Shown here piece after piece: positions 1 through 16,735 of a stretch of DNA of 64,000 bases. Below the pieces are notes generated by a model. The model made no database searches. It worked only from the letters and a program-made list of their open reading frames with translations, and was not told the origin of the DNA. The stretch is from the human T2T-CHM13v2.0 reference genome, Homo sapiens. Positions within the stretch are counted from its first letter, which is position 1. The number at the start of each line of letters is the position of its first letter. Made by a program: the position numbers and the translations under genes. The stretch lies in assembly GCF_009914755.1 (NCBI RefSeq), contig NC_060941.1; one strand, written 5' to 3'.

Positions 1-144
1 CCTGCTTTCCCTTCCAATCCCCTTTAGTAAAATAGAAAATAGCCATATAGGCCGTTTACCTGGGCCCTCTCCAATAACCAGGAGGCTTTATCTTCAGAAG
101 ATAAAATAGCACTTGTGAGGAAATATTGGAAATAGTGGGGCAGG

Positions 145-650
145 TTCATATATTCAACATAGTTTGTAATAGAAAAAAATGGTTACTAACTAATGGTAGT
201 ACTTGATTGGCTAAATAAAGCATAGTATATCCATGCAACACACAGCAATATGGCTTTAAAAAGAAATGAGGAAATGTCATGTATGCAGCTATGGAATGTT
301 CTCCAGGATATTAAAGGGAAAAAAAAGCAAATCACATAACAATACATGAAATGTTATATTTGCAAAAAAAGGGAAGAAAATATATGTAATGAAACGTATG
401 TGTGTACAGACATATATAATACACACATATACACATGTATGCATATGCATATATTGATAGAGAAATATAAATATATATAAGTTTGTAATGCACTTAAATC
501 ACCTCTGGGAGGAGTCACAAGAAGCTATAAAATCATTTGCCTGTGGAAAGATAAACTGGGTGTCAGGAGGGGAATAGAAGAGAAAATTTCATTGTATGTC
601 ATTCACGTGCCTTTTGAATTGTGAATGTTCTTCCTGTCCAAAACATAAAT
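145..650 (+). mobile_element. Old L1 (L1ME-like) 3' end fragment
   Basis: Degenerate L1M 3' motifs (tagtttgtaatagaaaaaa...tatccatgcaaca...aaaaagaaatgagg...atggaatgttctccaggatatt); boundaries approximate. Confidence 0.6.
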
Positions 651-831
651 ACATTTATATCTTTGATATCATTTAATAATACTTGGTTTATGGTTGAAAA
701 TTCTTACAAACTTATATACATAACATGAATAGATAGACAAATAGCACATTTAAATAATTTTTAAAAAGAGAAGAGCAGGGAGAAGGAAAATTAGTACTTA
801 TTGAGCTGTGTGTCAGACCATGTGTACCCGT

Positions 832-1142
<311 letters not shown>

Positions 1143-1364
1143 GTGTATCCGTATTTAACACTCAAAGCAACCCTGCAAGGTGTCTTCATCTCTCCCTTTT
1201 TTTTTTTTTAACAAATGAATATAGTGAACATCCAAAGAAGAAATTAGGCGAATACCAGAAGTGCTTGTGTTGATTCATAGTAGCTAACACACACACATAC
1301 ACCCCTTTATATTTCATTTTGATATAATAAATACATTGTTTACTCTTCCCAAATATAAGATAAA

Positions 1365-1535
1365 TGGCAATCTTTTTATAAGGAACCCACTCTCTCAATA
1401 ACTGCATTAATCCATATATGAGGGCGGAGTATTCATAGCCTAATCACCTTGTAAATGTCCCGCCTCTCAATACTGTTAAAATGGCAATGAAATTTCCAGC
1501 ACTTAGTTTTTGGGGGACACATTCAAGCCACAGCA
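1365..1535 (-). mobile_element. MaLR LTR fragment (MST/MLT1A type)
   Basis: cattaatcca..tgagggcggag..cctaatcacct..ttttgggggacacattcaagccacagca is the reverse complement of the MaLR LTR 5' end. Confidence 0.75.
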
Positions 1536-1730
1536 AAGGTAATCTCGCTTTTGCTAGTCTCAGTTCAACCTTTAACAAGACAAGCATGTATACCTATGCT
1601 GACAAGCAGCAGGAATGTTGCACTTAGTCTTATCGTGATAACAGAACAATCCTTATAAGTTTCAACAACATCTGCTTACAAACATGTAGGAGGTGAGAAC
1701 AAGTCCAATTTTTATTTTATCTCATTACTT

Positions 1731-1852
1731 AATGAGTACAATGGACATTATTCAGGTGATGGACACACTTAAAGCCCAGACTTCACCACTATGAAATATG
1801 TCTCTGTGAGGAAATTGCACTTGTACTCCTTAAATTTATACAAATAAAAAAA
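1731..1852 (+). mobile_element. L1MA/L1MB extreme 3' end
   Basis: gtacaatggacattattcaggtgatgg...aaagcccagacttcaccactatg...gcacttgtactcc..aaataaaaaaa. Confidence 0.75.
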
Positions 1853-3029
1853 CAGCAATAAATACATAAAGTGTCCTGTAAAATTCAGTGTTCTTGCAGT
1901 TGGTTCACAGGTCCTATCCGAGCATAACAAAATTATTTACACAGCTTGTAACGACCTATTATAGATGGTATTAGAAGAATTCTTCTAATTCTCTGTTAAT
2001 CACACTCCCTGCTCTTTATTAGCTCTATCTAGGCAAAGCATCTCCCTGGAGAGAAGAATTTGCAGCAAGCAGGAAGCTCTGGCCTCTTCATGTTCATATC
2101 ATGAAAACTCAAGAGGACTCCCTGCGACCTCTGACCTTTTCTCCATGGTTGGGGTTGCCTTAGGGGTCTCTCTCCCATGGAGAAAGAACCACCAGCCTGC
2201 TTGCCCCTCTCTCCTTCCTCCCTCTCTGGTCAGCCTCACCTGTGATCACCCAGGGTAGGAAGAGAGGAAAGCCCTCCCCAGGCTCTGATAACAGGGTTGC
2301 ATGACTGTAATTACAGGCTTTCGCTTCCCAGCTACCCAAATGACAGTCACAGTGGAGGCTGAAACGCCTCAGTCAGATGGAATCAATTACTGGGCAAAAT
2401 TGGGAGGTTAATTTTCCCCAGAATGAGATATGCCTTTTAGCTTTGCCATCTCTTTTACTCCAGCTGGTAGCTTATTTGGTCGCATTGTTCTCTGGCCATA
2501 TGAACAAAGTTCCATTAGGAAGGATTTCCAAAAGAGTTGATTTGAAAAGGAAACTCCATCAGCCCCCAAACTCAATACGAGCTGAATAGGACTGTTATTA
2601 ACAAAGCAGCATGGATGGCTAATCACTAGAATTTACATTTGACGGGCATGGGGTTAATCCAATAAGAAGAAATGAGATCTCTCAGTCCAGTACCAGTCCC
2701 TTCTTTAAGGTCCCCTGGCTGAACTTTACCATGGCCCAGCACTGAAAGAGCTTTACCTTCTGGAAACTTCCATGAAAATAAGCCACTTCCCTCATTAGCA
2801 TAATTTTCTAAATATGACAAAGCATCTCATTGAAAACAAAATAAAACAAAAGACAAAGAGTATTCATCTTTTTCAAGTACAATTGCCGCTTCTGAGTGGC
2901 TTAGTAGAAGTGTTAAAATAGCTTCCATTTAATAGTTTATAATAACAATAGAGACTAAAATTTATTCACGTCCCATGTTTAAGGAAATGGTAAATATTAT
3001 TTATTCATTAACTCAATCACCTCAAAAAC

Positions 3030-3480
<451 letters not shown>

Positions 3481-3974
3481 GAACATTGTCACTCCATATG
3501 TGCAAACATTTCAAAAGGGAAATATTCTTATCACTTGTAGGTGGGGAATTTGGAGCATGAAGATATTAACTAACTCATGCAAGTTCAGAGAGCTCTTAAA
3601 TTAGTGAAGCTGCAAGTCCATGCCAGATCTGTCAGACTCAATAGCCTGAATACAGCTACTAAAACCCTACAGAGGCTTTGCAAGAGCCACTACTGCAAGG
3701 CCTTGGGTGATGGTTAGCTAAAAATAAGTGGTAGTGGTTATCAATTCTAGTATCATTTATGTTCTTCTCTTAGTCCTCTTTAGGAGAATTTATGAGTCCT
3801 ATAATAACATTGTATAGCTATATTGTATTCTGAATCCTACATAGCTGTTTTCTTTATATCATCTCTTTAGGGGGTCACTCCATGAAGTAAGTACACATTT
3901 CCTTAGGAAACAGACTTTAAGAGTTTGAATAACTTGCAAGAAAATCACTGGAATTAAAGTTCAGTGCCATTTCT

Positions 3975-4452
3975 CACATGTTTATTGCGGCACTATTCAC
4001 AATAGCAAAGACTTGGAACCAACCCAAATGTCCAACAATGATAGACTGGATTAAGAAAATATGGCACATATACACCATGGAATACTATGCAGCCATAAAA
4101 CAGGATGAGTTCATGTCCTTTGTAGGGACATGGATGAAGCTGGAAACCATCATTCTCAGCAAACTATCGCAAGGACAGAAAACAAAACGCCGCATGTTCC
4201 CACTTGTAGGTGGGAATTGAACAACGAGAACACTTGGACACAGGGTGGGGAACACCACCCAACAGGGCCTGTTGTGGGGCGGGGGGAGGGGGGAGGGATA
4301 GCATTAGAAGATATACCTAATGTAAATGATGAGTTAATGGGTGCAGCACACCAACATGGCACATGTATACATATGTAAGAAACCTGCACGTTGTGCACAT
4401 GTACCTTAGAACTTAAAGTATAATAATAAAAATAAATAAAATAAAATAAAAT
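3975..4452 (+). mobile_element. 5'-truncated L1PA (ORF2 C-terminus + 3'UTR)
   Basis: ORF 3978-4220 (MFIAALFTIAKTWNQPKCP...) is the L1 ORF2p C-terminus; G-rich 3'UTR; A-rich tail; TSD aaagttcagtgccatttct 3956-3974 / 4453-4471. Confidence 0.97.
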
Positions 4453-4604
4453 AAAGTTCAGTGCCATTTCTACTACTGAAACCTAACAACCCCATGATAC
4501 CTGAAAGATTTAAAGGTAGGTACTTTATTATTTTCTGTCAATCTCTAATTCAGGAAAAATAAGCCATTATTTGCTAATGTTATGCCATTTATTAGAAGTG
4601 AAGC

Positions 4605-5055
<451 letters not shown>

Positions 5056-5276
5056 AACATGGCAGGAACATTCGTAAATGCCTTTTACACTTCTCACGTA
5101 TCAGATACATTACGTAATGTGGTTGGAAATTGGATTGAATGGCAAACAAGTTAGCGTTTTCTGGGTAGAAGTAAAACATGCTAGATTGTTTTTCTTTGCC
5201 AAAGGAGTATACCATGATAATTAAGACATTTATGAAAATCTAAAAGTGACCAAGCGAAAAATAATCCAAACTGAAA

Positions 5277-5337
5277 TTGAAAAAAAAACATAATTTTTCC
5301 ATATTATTGAAAAAAAACCATAATTTTTCCATATTTC
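5277..5337. repeat. ~30-bp tandem duplication
   Basis: attgaaaaaaaa..cataatttttccatatt occurs twice in tandem. Confidence 0.8.
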
Positions 5338-5878
5338 TTTCAGTTGTAATAATGTGAGGTGTGGGTGGTAGTTTTTACATTACAGCAGGACTCCCTACTT
5401 TATAGTTCATATACCTGTTGATGTACGTGGATCTTTAACCTCATAAAGAAGTGTTAGGGCAAAGCAACATGAAAAAACATAGATTGAAAACTACTTCTAA
5501 TTTAAAATTTTAAATGGAGGTTAATTTCTGAAGTTAAAAAAGTAGAGTGATTAAATTCATAATTATACATAATAAGCAATATATATAGAAATTGTATGTA
5601 ATATTTTATATAACTGATAGGTTATATTTATATCATTCATTATAAGAATTTGACTTACTGGTATTACGTTCTGGATCTGGATTCCAGATTTCATGAATTG
5701 AGGCTTACCTGTATTTAAGAGATGTCAGGGCTGATACCATATTGGATGTGAGGGGACATTCTGTTCTCAGTAGTCACTGAAAAATGATATTTATGTAAGC
5801 CAAAAGAAACACACACGCACACATGTGCACACCAACACATACACTTTTTTACCCTCTAATATTTTTAGATCAAAATAA

Positions 5879-6885
<1,007 letters not shown>

Positions 6886-7710
6886 TATCCCTTCTATTCT
6901 TAGCCCTGGCTTTTCTTCTCATAGATTGTTTCCTTCCTTGCAAAGGTAGTCCCTGATAAGAGCTGGGGCACAGGCCCAGGCCCAGGCCCATTGAGCACTG
7001 ACCTTCCCCCAATTACAGTATCTATAGTGTAGGTGTAAAAGGGGCTTTCTCATTATTATTATTTTGTGGTCAAAAGGTTGCACACACTCCTTTTTTTTTC
7101 TGCTGCTGAAGCTTAGAAAGGGTGGAAAGCAAAATATTTTGATAATTATTCAGGCCATCAGGTTACATAAGAGGTTCCACAGCCTTCTGCATCAAACTTG
7201 AACAGTTGAAACCACAAATTCTGTTTTTGCAGCCATAAAACATTCATAGCAAAAAAAAAAGAGAGAGAGAGAAACAGAAAATAATAAAATCCATTTTCCA
7301 TTTGCTTGAAACTTATAAAATTTAATGTGGTGAAAAATGACAGTTTACTCCCTGTAGGAAACTGCTCAGAGCCATGTTTCATAGGCATGGTGTGGAGTTT
7401 CTAATGCACACTTGCAGTCATTGAATAATGCAAGAAACTGCATGCTGACAGAGGATGTCACAAGGTGTAAAATATCTAAGTGGCAAGGCAAATAAGTCCT
7501 TGATCTATAAGGAAGAGTTTCACTTCTCCACCAAAATCATTAAGCAGCGTCTATTCAATAACCACCATTTGCTCACAGTCGTAACTTAGAAAATACATGC
7601 AAGCAGACGTACCGTGGTGTTGAAGTGCAGTAGACATCTCCACATGAAGACTGAAGACATTTTGCTATTAGCAGTAGCTAAATGTGGTTACTAGCATGGA
7701 AAACATTTAA

Positions 7711-8364
<654 letters not shown>

Positions 8365-8769
8365 TAATATAGTATTTGTATATTTTTTCTTTTTCTAATA
8401 TATCATTAAGAGTAAGATCAAAACATTCAATGCACAGTGGCAAAACTGTAGAGCTCCAGCTCTGTAAGTAACTGGCAGAGTGGCTATAAACATGCCTTTA
8501 AACTCAACTGACCTTGATTTCTTTCCTATAACGTTAATGGGTTGGACTAAGTGATTTCCAAGTCCAACTTCAACTAATATTCTGTAGGAATTTTTAGAAA
8601 AGGATAATCGCCTGGATATTCAAATCAGTAGAACGTTGAACCAATGAACAACTGAAAACAAGAACTGTTTTGACTATATCCGAGTAAAGTTGAATATTAT
8701 AGGTGGTTTACGAAATGTCTGTGTCCTACAATAGCTTTAATCATATCTTTAGTGTTTGACTATATTAAA

Positions 8770-8950
8770 TGCCTATTACCATAATTATGCTGCCTAATAA
8801 TCCATCTCAAAACTTAGTGGCTTAAAATAGCATAAGTATTTACTATTGCTCAAGGATCTACAGGTCAGCTGGACAGTTCTGCTGCTCTGGGTCAAGCCTG
8901 GCTGTTCTGACTGGGTTTGCTCAAGCATCTGCAATCAGCTGGTGAACCAT
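8770..8950 (-). mobile_element. Old MLT1 LTR fragment
   Basis: ctcaaaacttagtggcttaaaa..tattgctcaaggatctacaggtcagctgg...gcatctgcaatcagctgg. Confidence 0.6.
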
Positions 8951-8962
8951 GTGAGAGGTAGT

Positions 8963-9334
8963 TGCTCCTACGGACTGGATGTTTATGCCCCCCCCAACCC
9001 CAAAAATTCAAAAATTGAAGTCTAAAACCTCAATATAATGGTATTTGATAATAGGGCCTTTGGGAAGAAATTAAGTAATGAGGCTGGATTCCTTATGAAT
9101 GAGATTAATGCCCCTATAAAAAGAGAAAGAGACAGGAGTCTCTCTCTGTCTGCTGTCCAACTTGTTGTGAGGACACAAGAAGACAGCCGTCTGCAAACCA
9201 GAGAGAGCACCCTCTTCCACCAGATACCAGATCTTCCTGTCCCCTGACCTTGGACTTCCCAGCATCCAAAACTGTGAAAAAGAAACTACTCAGTCTATAA
9301 TACTTTGTTATAGAAACCCAAATGGACTAAGACA
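8963..9334 (+). mobile_element. MLT1A-type MaLR LTR
   Basis: gggcctttgggaag..gattaatgcccctataaa..tggacttcccagcatccaaaactgtga..gactaagaca terminus. Confidence 0.8.
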
Positions 9335-9344
9335 ACTTATTTAA

Positions 9345-9640
<296 letters not shown>

Positions 9641-9749
9641 TATTTAAAGTATCTTCTAATATAAAGTTCTATTCACCTGTCATTTTAAATGGACTTAATA
9701 TACTGCAATATTCTAGTGTAATGTTGGGCTCCTGTAACTCACAGAAGTC

Positions 9750-9853
9750 TAGATATAGATATAGATATATAGATATATAGATACATACAGATACGGATAT
9801 AGGTAGATATAGGTATAGATAGATATAGATATATATAGAGAGAGATATAGATA
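9750..9853. repeat. (TAGATA)n-like simple repeat
   Basis: Imperfect tagata/tagatata iterations. Confidence 0.85.
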
Positions 9854-10283
9854 TGTTTGTAAATATTTTGAGTATTTTAAATACCTAAGTAAAAATGCCC
9901 AAGTTATAGATTAACATCACCAAGTGGTTTTGAAAAAATTTAGCTAGGGACAAGCCTTTAGCTACATCAGATAAGGATTCTACAAAATTTTGTAGACTCA
10001 TTCTATAAAATCATCAGTGCTTTTCTTCCAATAAGCTTATAAAAGTACCGAGAATGCTTTTCCAAGCAAATGTTTTCTAACAATTCTGAAACTGCTCTTT
10101 ACCAGGCATGTTCAAGTCCTGCCTTTTTATTAATAGTCTCTCTAAATCCAAGTTGATTAAATATAGTTAAAAGGAGAGAACTATTTGAGACCAAACATGG
10201 TAGTGCAACTTGGTAACTCTTGTTTCATTTGCTGTGCCATCCAGACCAAAAAAAAAAAAAAAGTCAGTAAATAATCAATAAGA

Positions 10284-10686
<403 letters not shown>

Positions 10687-11579
10687 TTAGAGGAAAGAGA
10701 TTTACCTTTATTTTCAGCATTTCCATAAACCTTTCAAAAACCTCTAATCTCTTAAAAGTACAAGATGAAGAACTACATTAGAAATTTCCCAATAGGCAAC
10801 CACAAAAATATAATATTACCACTTAAAACCAACATTATTCCTCCTCCTTGTTAGAATGTGGCACATTTGAGCATCAGATACAATTAAATATATTTGAAGA
10901 CTATAACTGAATACTTTCTATGTGAGAAGTAGAAAAATGTCATGCTTGAAATAGGCAAATAAAAAAACTGAAAAGTAACCAAATATAAGACAGAGATTCT
11001 GCAATAAGCCATGTCTTCAGCATTTTAAAAGCTGAAGCCACAGCTTTTTATTGTTGTTCATATGTCTTAAGAGTATTTCCAATTGGCAAAGCAATGACAA
11101 GGTGCATATACTTTTTCATACTTTTTGTTATTTGTACAAAGCTATTTTGGTTAACTCCATAAAAACACAGGGAAATAGAAGCTTGAGGCCACCACTGGAA
11201 TTATTTAAAACACAAAGAAAACCCATGTGTTTCATTCACACAGCAATTTGGGGTGAATGTGGTTTTCAGCCAATATTTTCCAGAAAAACCACTTAATCCC
11301 ACAAGTTTCTTCTGAGTCTGAGACTCAACCAGAATCCCAGCTGACTGGCTTCATTCAGTCTGGAGACCCAAACTGGTCCGGGATATGCACTTAACATTTT
11401 TCTGAACTCTGGAAGATCAGAGAAAAATTACAGGTAATATGAAAATAGGAAATACTTGATGCCTTAGGAATTCTAGTAGGGCAGGAAAACACAGACTGAA
11501 ACCCTACAACTGCTCAGTACAGTCGGAGCATCCTTGACTGTTTCCCATAGCCCTCATTTGATACTAACATAATCAGTAT

Positions 11580-11805
11580 CAACACTCTGCAACCAGGCTT
11601 CCTGAGTTCATACCCAGATTTTACTGCTTACTAATAGTGAGGACCTAAGTCCCTCTACCTTGGGTTCCTCACACATAACGTGAGGATAATAGTATAAACC
11701 ACATAGCATTCTTGTAGGCAGAGAATGATATTGTAAGCATAAAGCTGCTCACCAGAGTGCCTGGCATATGTCAAACACCCACAAATATCAGCAATTATTA
11801 TCATC
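11580..11805 (+). mobile_element. MIR
   Basis: cctgagttcatacccag..gcttacta..gataatagta..gtgcctggcatatg..aaatatcagcaattatta. Confidence 0.65.
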
Positions 11806-12029
11806 ATTAGTTATATACAAGCAAATGCATATAAAGAAGTCTGACCATAAATTCAATATCACACTTACTGATGACCTAAAATCCTTATTACTAAGAAAGG
11901 AAGATCTGAGAACTGCCTTCCTAATTCTGGGCTCTAGTGCTCATCCATGGCAAATCATTAAAGAGGATTGAGAATCCCATCTTTCAGTCAAGCTCACTCT
12001 AACCTCTGAAAGCCCCATTCATTTCTAGA

Positions 12030-12450
12030 ATCATCAATCAGTATTTATGGAGCACCACATCAGACAGTGAGAAAATTAAAGAAGGAGGAAAGTCCCCAGC
12101 TCCAGACAGACTCATCACCCAGGGAAGAGACAGCCATATTAACAAATAATTGCCATGCCTTAATGCACACAGAAAGCTCAGGGCAACAAAGAGGAAGGGG
12201 GCTTATATTATGCCTGAGGGGGTTGGAGAACGTTTGACCGAGAAGGGACATTAGGTCCCAGTCTTGGAGGATGAGAAAGAGGTCATCAAATAGAGGAAAA
12301 GGAAAAAAAAAAAAAAAAAAAGGACCCCACATAAAGAGTAGCAGATGCCAAAGCTTTGTGAAAGCTCTTACATGTAATGAATATATCAAGTTAGAAGTGG
12401 CTGAAGCAAGAGGTATAATGCAGGGATCAAACGAGCAAGTTTGGAGAGGG
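12030..12450 (-). mobile_element. L2 fragment
   Basis: atcaatcagtatttatggagcacc followed by purine-rich L2 antisense sequence. Confidence 0.55.
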
Positions 12451-14449
12451 AATCACTGGAATATATTCCTTCTCCCCATTATGCAGAAAATTGAAATGAA
12501 AATTAACTAAAACATAAATTACTTAGCGATCTCCACACAAACCTCAAGTCTGAAAAATAGGACCCCCAAAATTATCCCTTCCACCCCCCAAAAAAATCAC
12601 TTTCTTAGTTAACAGTGCATTTTACTTGCTCTTGCAAAAATCTCCCTGCCAATGCTTTCTTTCCACAATCAGAATCTTTTACTTTTAATGTACCAAAGGA
12701 AACGAAATAATATTTATTGTGTCTCTTGCATGTGCTTCTTAGAAAAATGGCATTAGCCTCATATGGAAATACTTTGACAGACCCCTGAAAATAATTCCTT
12801 AACCACAAACATGTCCTCTACTTGTCTGATCTCAAATTGCCTCAAATATCACAATTTCAGGTCAGATTTAAGGATATGACAGGCACTATCAGTCCATTAC
12901 ATATGAATGATATATGAGGTAGAGGGCAGAGGTGCTGGCACAGAAGACGGCCAGTTGTGGGGAAGCCCCATGCCTGGTTCCCTACAGTATCTGCCTCCCT
13001 GGGAACTTTCCAGGCCCACCTGAAGACACTTACCAGCCAACGGCTTCCTCTGCACAAAGGAGAAGAGGAACAATGGAAGCTCTCTCTGTGTTCATCATCC
13101 AGATACCATCTCGGAACCTCACTGGAGCACGATTATTGGAGGCAAAATAACACAGATAGGATTTCACATGCGAGCTTTGGATATGGGGCTAACAAAGATA
13201 GAGGGACACAAACAACCCCTCTCCCTGAGCCCCTGCCTTCCTCACAACCCCTTGTTGCTCTTTCGCTTCCAACTTCTAATTGGCAGACACCTGATCTGCA
13301 TTTCGATTTCATTTTCTGAGCACACATGGCCACTTGAGACTCCCTGATACGTGTGGGAAAGGGGTGGCCATGTTGCCTGCACCTGTTGCGGAGACCTGCC
13401 CGCCGCCCCTCCCTTCCTGCCACCCCCATTGTGTGCCACCTTATTCTGTTTCAGTAGCAACAGAAAAGAAGTCAAAGTCACCGGCATTCAACAGGAACAC
13501 ATACAAAAAGGAAGCCAGAAAGCTTCCTTGTACCTCTTCTCCCACCACCCTGAAAAGCCTGCCCATTGGCCTACTTCAATAGTAAGTGTAGCAATCCTAT
13601 CTCATTTCAGAGTTATGCCAGGTGAGAGTCGTAAAAGGTAACAACATAATCATTTCTCTGGATGGCCCATTGAGCATTATTGATATGAATTGGTTACACA
13701 AACACACACGCACACGCACACACAACCTAATAAGAAACTACTCATATTTGATATCCCCATGTAGACCATATCTATTACTTTTGTGAAAATAAAAAGATCA
13801 AAGATCAAGGGCACTGGGGACTTTTAACTTCCAAGAGAATACGTTGCAATACCAATAAACTTTCACAGCAACCACCTTGGAATGTAGACTGAAACTGAAT
13901 AACTCTACATACAGATCTTAACGATGATGATAAGAACACACTCAAATTCAAAGGAGAGAAAGAAAGAAGTACAGCAGCTACCGTCCTGAGCAAACGTGCA
14001 GCAATGAAACAAGACCACATTTTGAAGTTTGATGGCCAAATGCCTTGGTTGGTGTCTGTCACCATGTGGATACTAAAATGTTAGACTATAATGATGCAGT
14101 GGGAGTAATAATACATCATAAGACCTGGAAATGGAAAGAATCCATGAAATCATCAAATAATGTTTTGGCCAGCAGAGGATGCAGTTCCCAGAGAATATTC
14201 CTTAAAGTCCCCCTTGGGTTGAGCTCTAAAGACCAAGTCACTTTATCCATCTCAGAAGAGAGTGATCTGTCCATCTGTAGTATCTGGTTTCTGCTATGAA
14301 ATTAAACTTTGGCCTTAAAAGCATTGTTCCACACCAAACTAGTCCTTGGTACCAGGTTTTCATTAAGGACCAGCTATAGCCTATGGAGGAGGCAGGAAAG
14401 GTCATTTTATCCATTCCCCTACCTCCGGGCAGGTCTTGTGTGAAATGAC

Positions 14450-14620
14450 ACCAGCCTGGCTCTTATTATAAAATCCCCATAGCAGGAAGTTCTATAGCCC
14501 CTGCTGTAATACTGTTTTCCCATGACATATAACCCTCATGGTTAGAAAGTGTTTTCTGCAGTCTAGACACACTCCCTCCCACCGCAATTTTAAAACATGT
14601 TCCCACAGTAGCAGAGAACT
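14450..14620 (-). mobile_element. L3/CR1 relic
   Basis: gttagaaagtgttttctgcagtctag..ccctcccaccgcaattttaaaac resembles the L3 3' region. Confidence 0.4.
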
Positions 14621-14940
14621 ATTTACCACATTCAAGGTCCCTGAAGAAAGAAAGCAACTTAATATTGCTCCCTCTATATTGCTTCTTGTAGCATGGTCTT
14701 AATTTCAGCTGAGCTTTTTATATCACAGTTTATCAAAAAAAAAGGTGATGTGGGCTTTTGGAAGGCAAGAGTTGTTCCTTTTTGCCATTTGTGGGTACTG
14801 CTGGGGATTTTAATTAGTTGTAAAGACAATGTGGAAAGTAGAGCAACATTCTTCCAATACCGTTAGTTCAGATTTTGATATGGTATGATGCAAACTGGCC
14901 TGAAGATCTGTTCAACTATTCATTGCATTATTTCATTTTC

Positions 14941-15246
14941 TTTTCTTTTTTTTTTTTTTTTTTTGAGACGGAGTCTTGCTCCGTCGCTCAGGCTGGAGCG
15001 CATTGGCGCAATCTCAGCTCACTGCAACCTCCGTCTCCTGGGTTGAAGCAATTCTCCTGTCGCAGCCTCCCGAGCAGCTGGGACTATAAGTGCCTGCCAA
15101 AGCGCCCGGCTAATTTTTGTATTTTTAGTGGAAATGGGGTTTCACCTTGTTGGTCAGGCTAGTCTCAAACTCCTGACCTCAGGTGATCCACCCGCCTTGG
15201 CCTCCCAAAGTGCTGGGATTACAGGCGTGAGGTACAGCACCCGGCC
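14941..15246 (-). mobile_element. AluSx/Sq
   Basis: Full Alu; TSD cattatttcattttc 14926-14940 / 15247-15261. Confidence 0.94.
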
Positions 15247-15299
15247 CATTATTTCATTTTCATTATATTGAAAAAATCATTTAAACATTTACTAAACTT

Positions 15300-15430
15300 G
15301 GCTGGGTGCAGTGGTTCATGCCTGTAATCACAGCACTTTGGGAGGCCAAGGTAGAAGGACCCCTTAAACCCAGGAGCTAGAGATCAGCATGGGCAACATA
15401 GGAGACTCCTGTAAAAAAAAAAAAAAAAAA
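15300..15430 (+). mobile_element. FLAM (Alu monomer)
   Basis: Single monomer with J/FLAM-type cccaggag..gggcaacata, then poly(A). Confidence 0.85.
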
Positions 15431-16519
15431 CTAAACTAAATTAAATATGTAAAAATGAATCCAAATCTTTAAAATATCATAAACACGCTAATTATAAATC
15501 TTTATTATCTACTCTTTTATTACTTAAAATAGGTAAAAGGGCAGATCCTCTTATTGGCAATCCCCTATCATCTTACTTTAAATTGTTATACATAATTGAA
15601 AGTAATGAAATAGCATGTCTCTGCAAAATAAAACTTGTTTTTATTGCCTTTAACTGCTCTTTTCAAAATTCATTCAGAGTAATAAAACTTAACAGTCTTT
15701 CAGTAAGGAATCTGAAAATACATAATGCAAGTTTCTGCTTCTGACAACTTCCTTACTGGATTTTTTTAATCAACTGGTGAGTAGACACCTACCAAAAAGG
15801 TGCTGCGAGGAAAGAAATCAGAATTAATCACTTTCGTGATAGTCTCGTTCTCTCAAATTTAAAAAACTTAAGTTTACAATAATAATTCATATTAAAATGC
15901 ATGTTTTCATGTCAACATTTATGAAAACTTCTAAAATGTATCACATGAGTAAAAATGAAAGGATATTTTCAAGTTAAGTCACTTATATTTCATATATATT
16001 TCAAATTTCGAGAAAAACTTGAAGGCATTAAATTTTAGAGGTAAAAGTATGAGCTAGTGCCTTTGATAATATATACACCATTGTTTCCCTATTTTGTCCT
16101 GCATTAAAGAAGAAGAGAGGGGCAAGGGGAGAGGAGACATTTTCTTGAAGTTATCATTGAGGACATGGGAACTTCAGTGAATATTCCAATGTGAATTCCC
16201 TTGTAAAGTTGTCAAACTAGAATTTCTTCACATAGAATAAGAAAATTTAGTCTTATGAAATGTGTTTAAAAAAGAAATACCTTAACTCAAAGTGGGTCAA
16301 TAATCTTAAGTATTTTCTTTCATATCCAATAATGCAATGTGTCCGTGAGCCCACAATACGTCTATTTGAGAGAATGATAGAAGTATCAACGTTTGGTACT
16401 CACATAAAATATGATAAAGGACCTTCCTGTTCCAGTCTCTGCCTCCAAAGAGAAACACACCTTTTATGGATTTCTAAACTCAGCCAGGGCTGTTGGGAAA
16501 ACACTCACTTATCTATACC

Positions 16520-16735
16520 AACAATAACACTGAGCACTTTATTGAGTGCTTACCATGTGTTAAACACTTCACGTGCATCATATTATCTAATTTTCATAAT
16601 CACCCTATGAAAGAGGCACTATCATGCTTTCCATTTTACAGGTGAGGCTCGTTGAGGTTAAGTACCTTGCCCAAGGTCACACAGCTGGTAAGTAGCAGGG
16701 CCAGGATTTAAGCCTAATAGTCTGCAGAGCCTCCT
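16520..16735 (-). mobile_element. MIR
   Basis: ttattgagtgcttaccatgtg...ccattttacaggtgagg..gaggttaagtaccttgcccaaggtcacacagctggtaagt. Confidence 0.85.

Noticed and set aside
1950-2600. GC-richer stretch that might be an old LTR
   Set aside because: Could not match termini or a consensus with confidence
3978-4220. 80-aa ORF with a real protein-like sequence
   Set aside because: It is the C-terminus of L1 ORF2p in a 5'-truncated element, not a gene
5709-5776. Minus-strand 68-nt pseudo-exon (ttttcag| ... cag|gtaagc)
   Set aside because: Good donor but short pyrimidine tract, frame-shifting length and no partner exons
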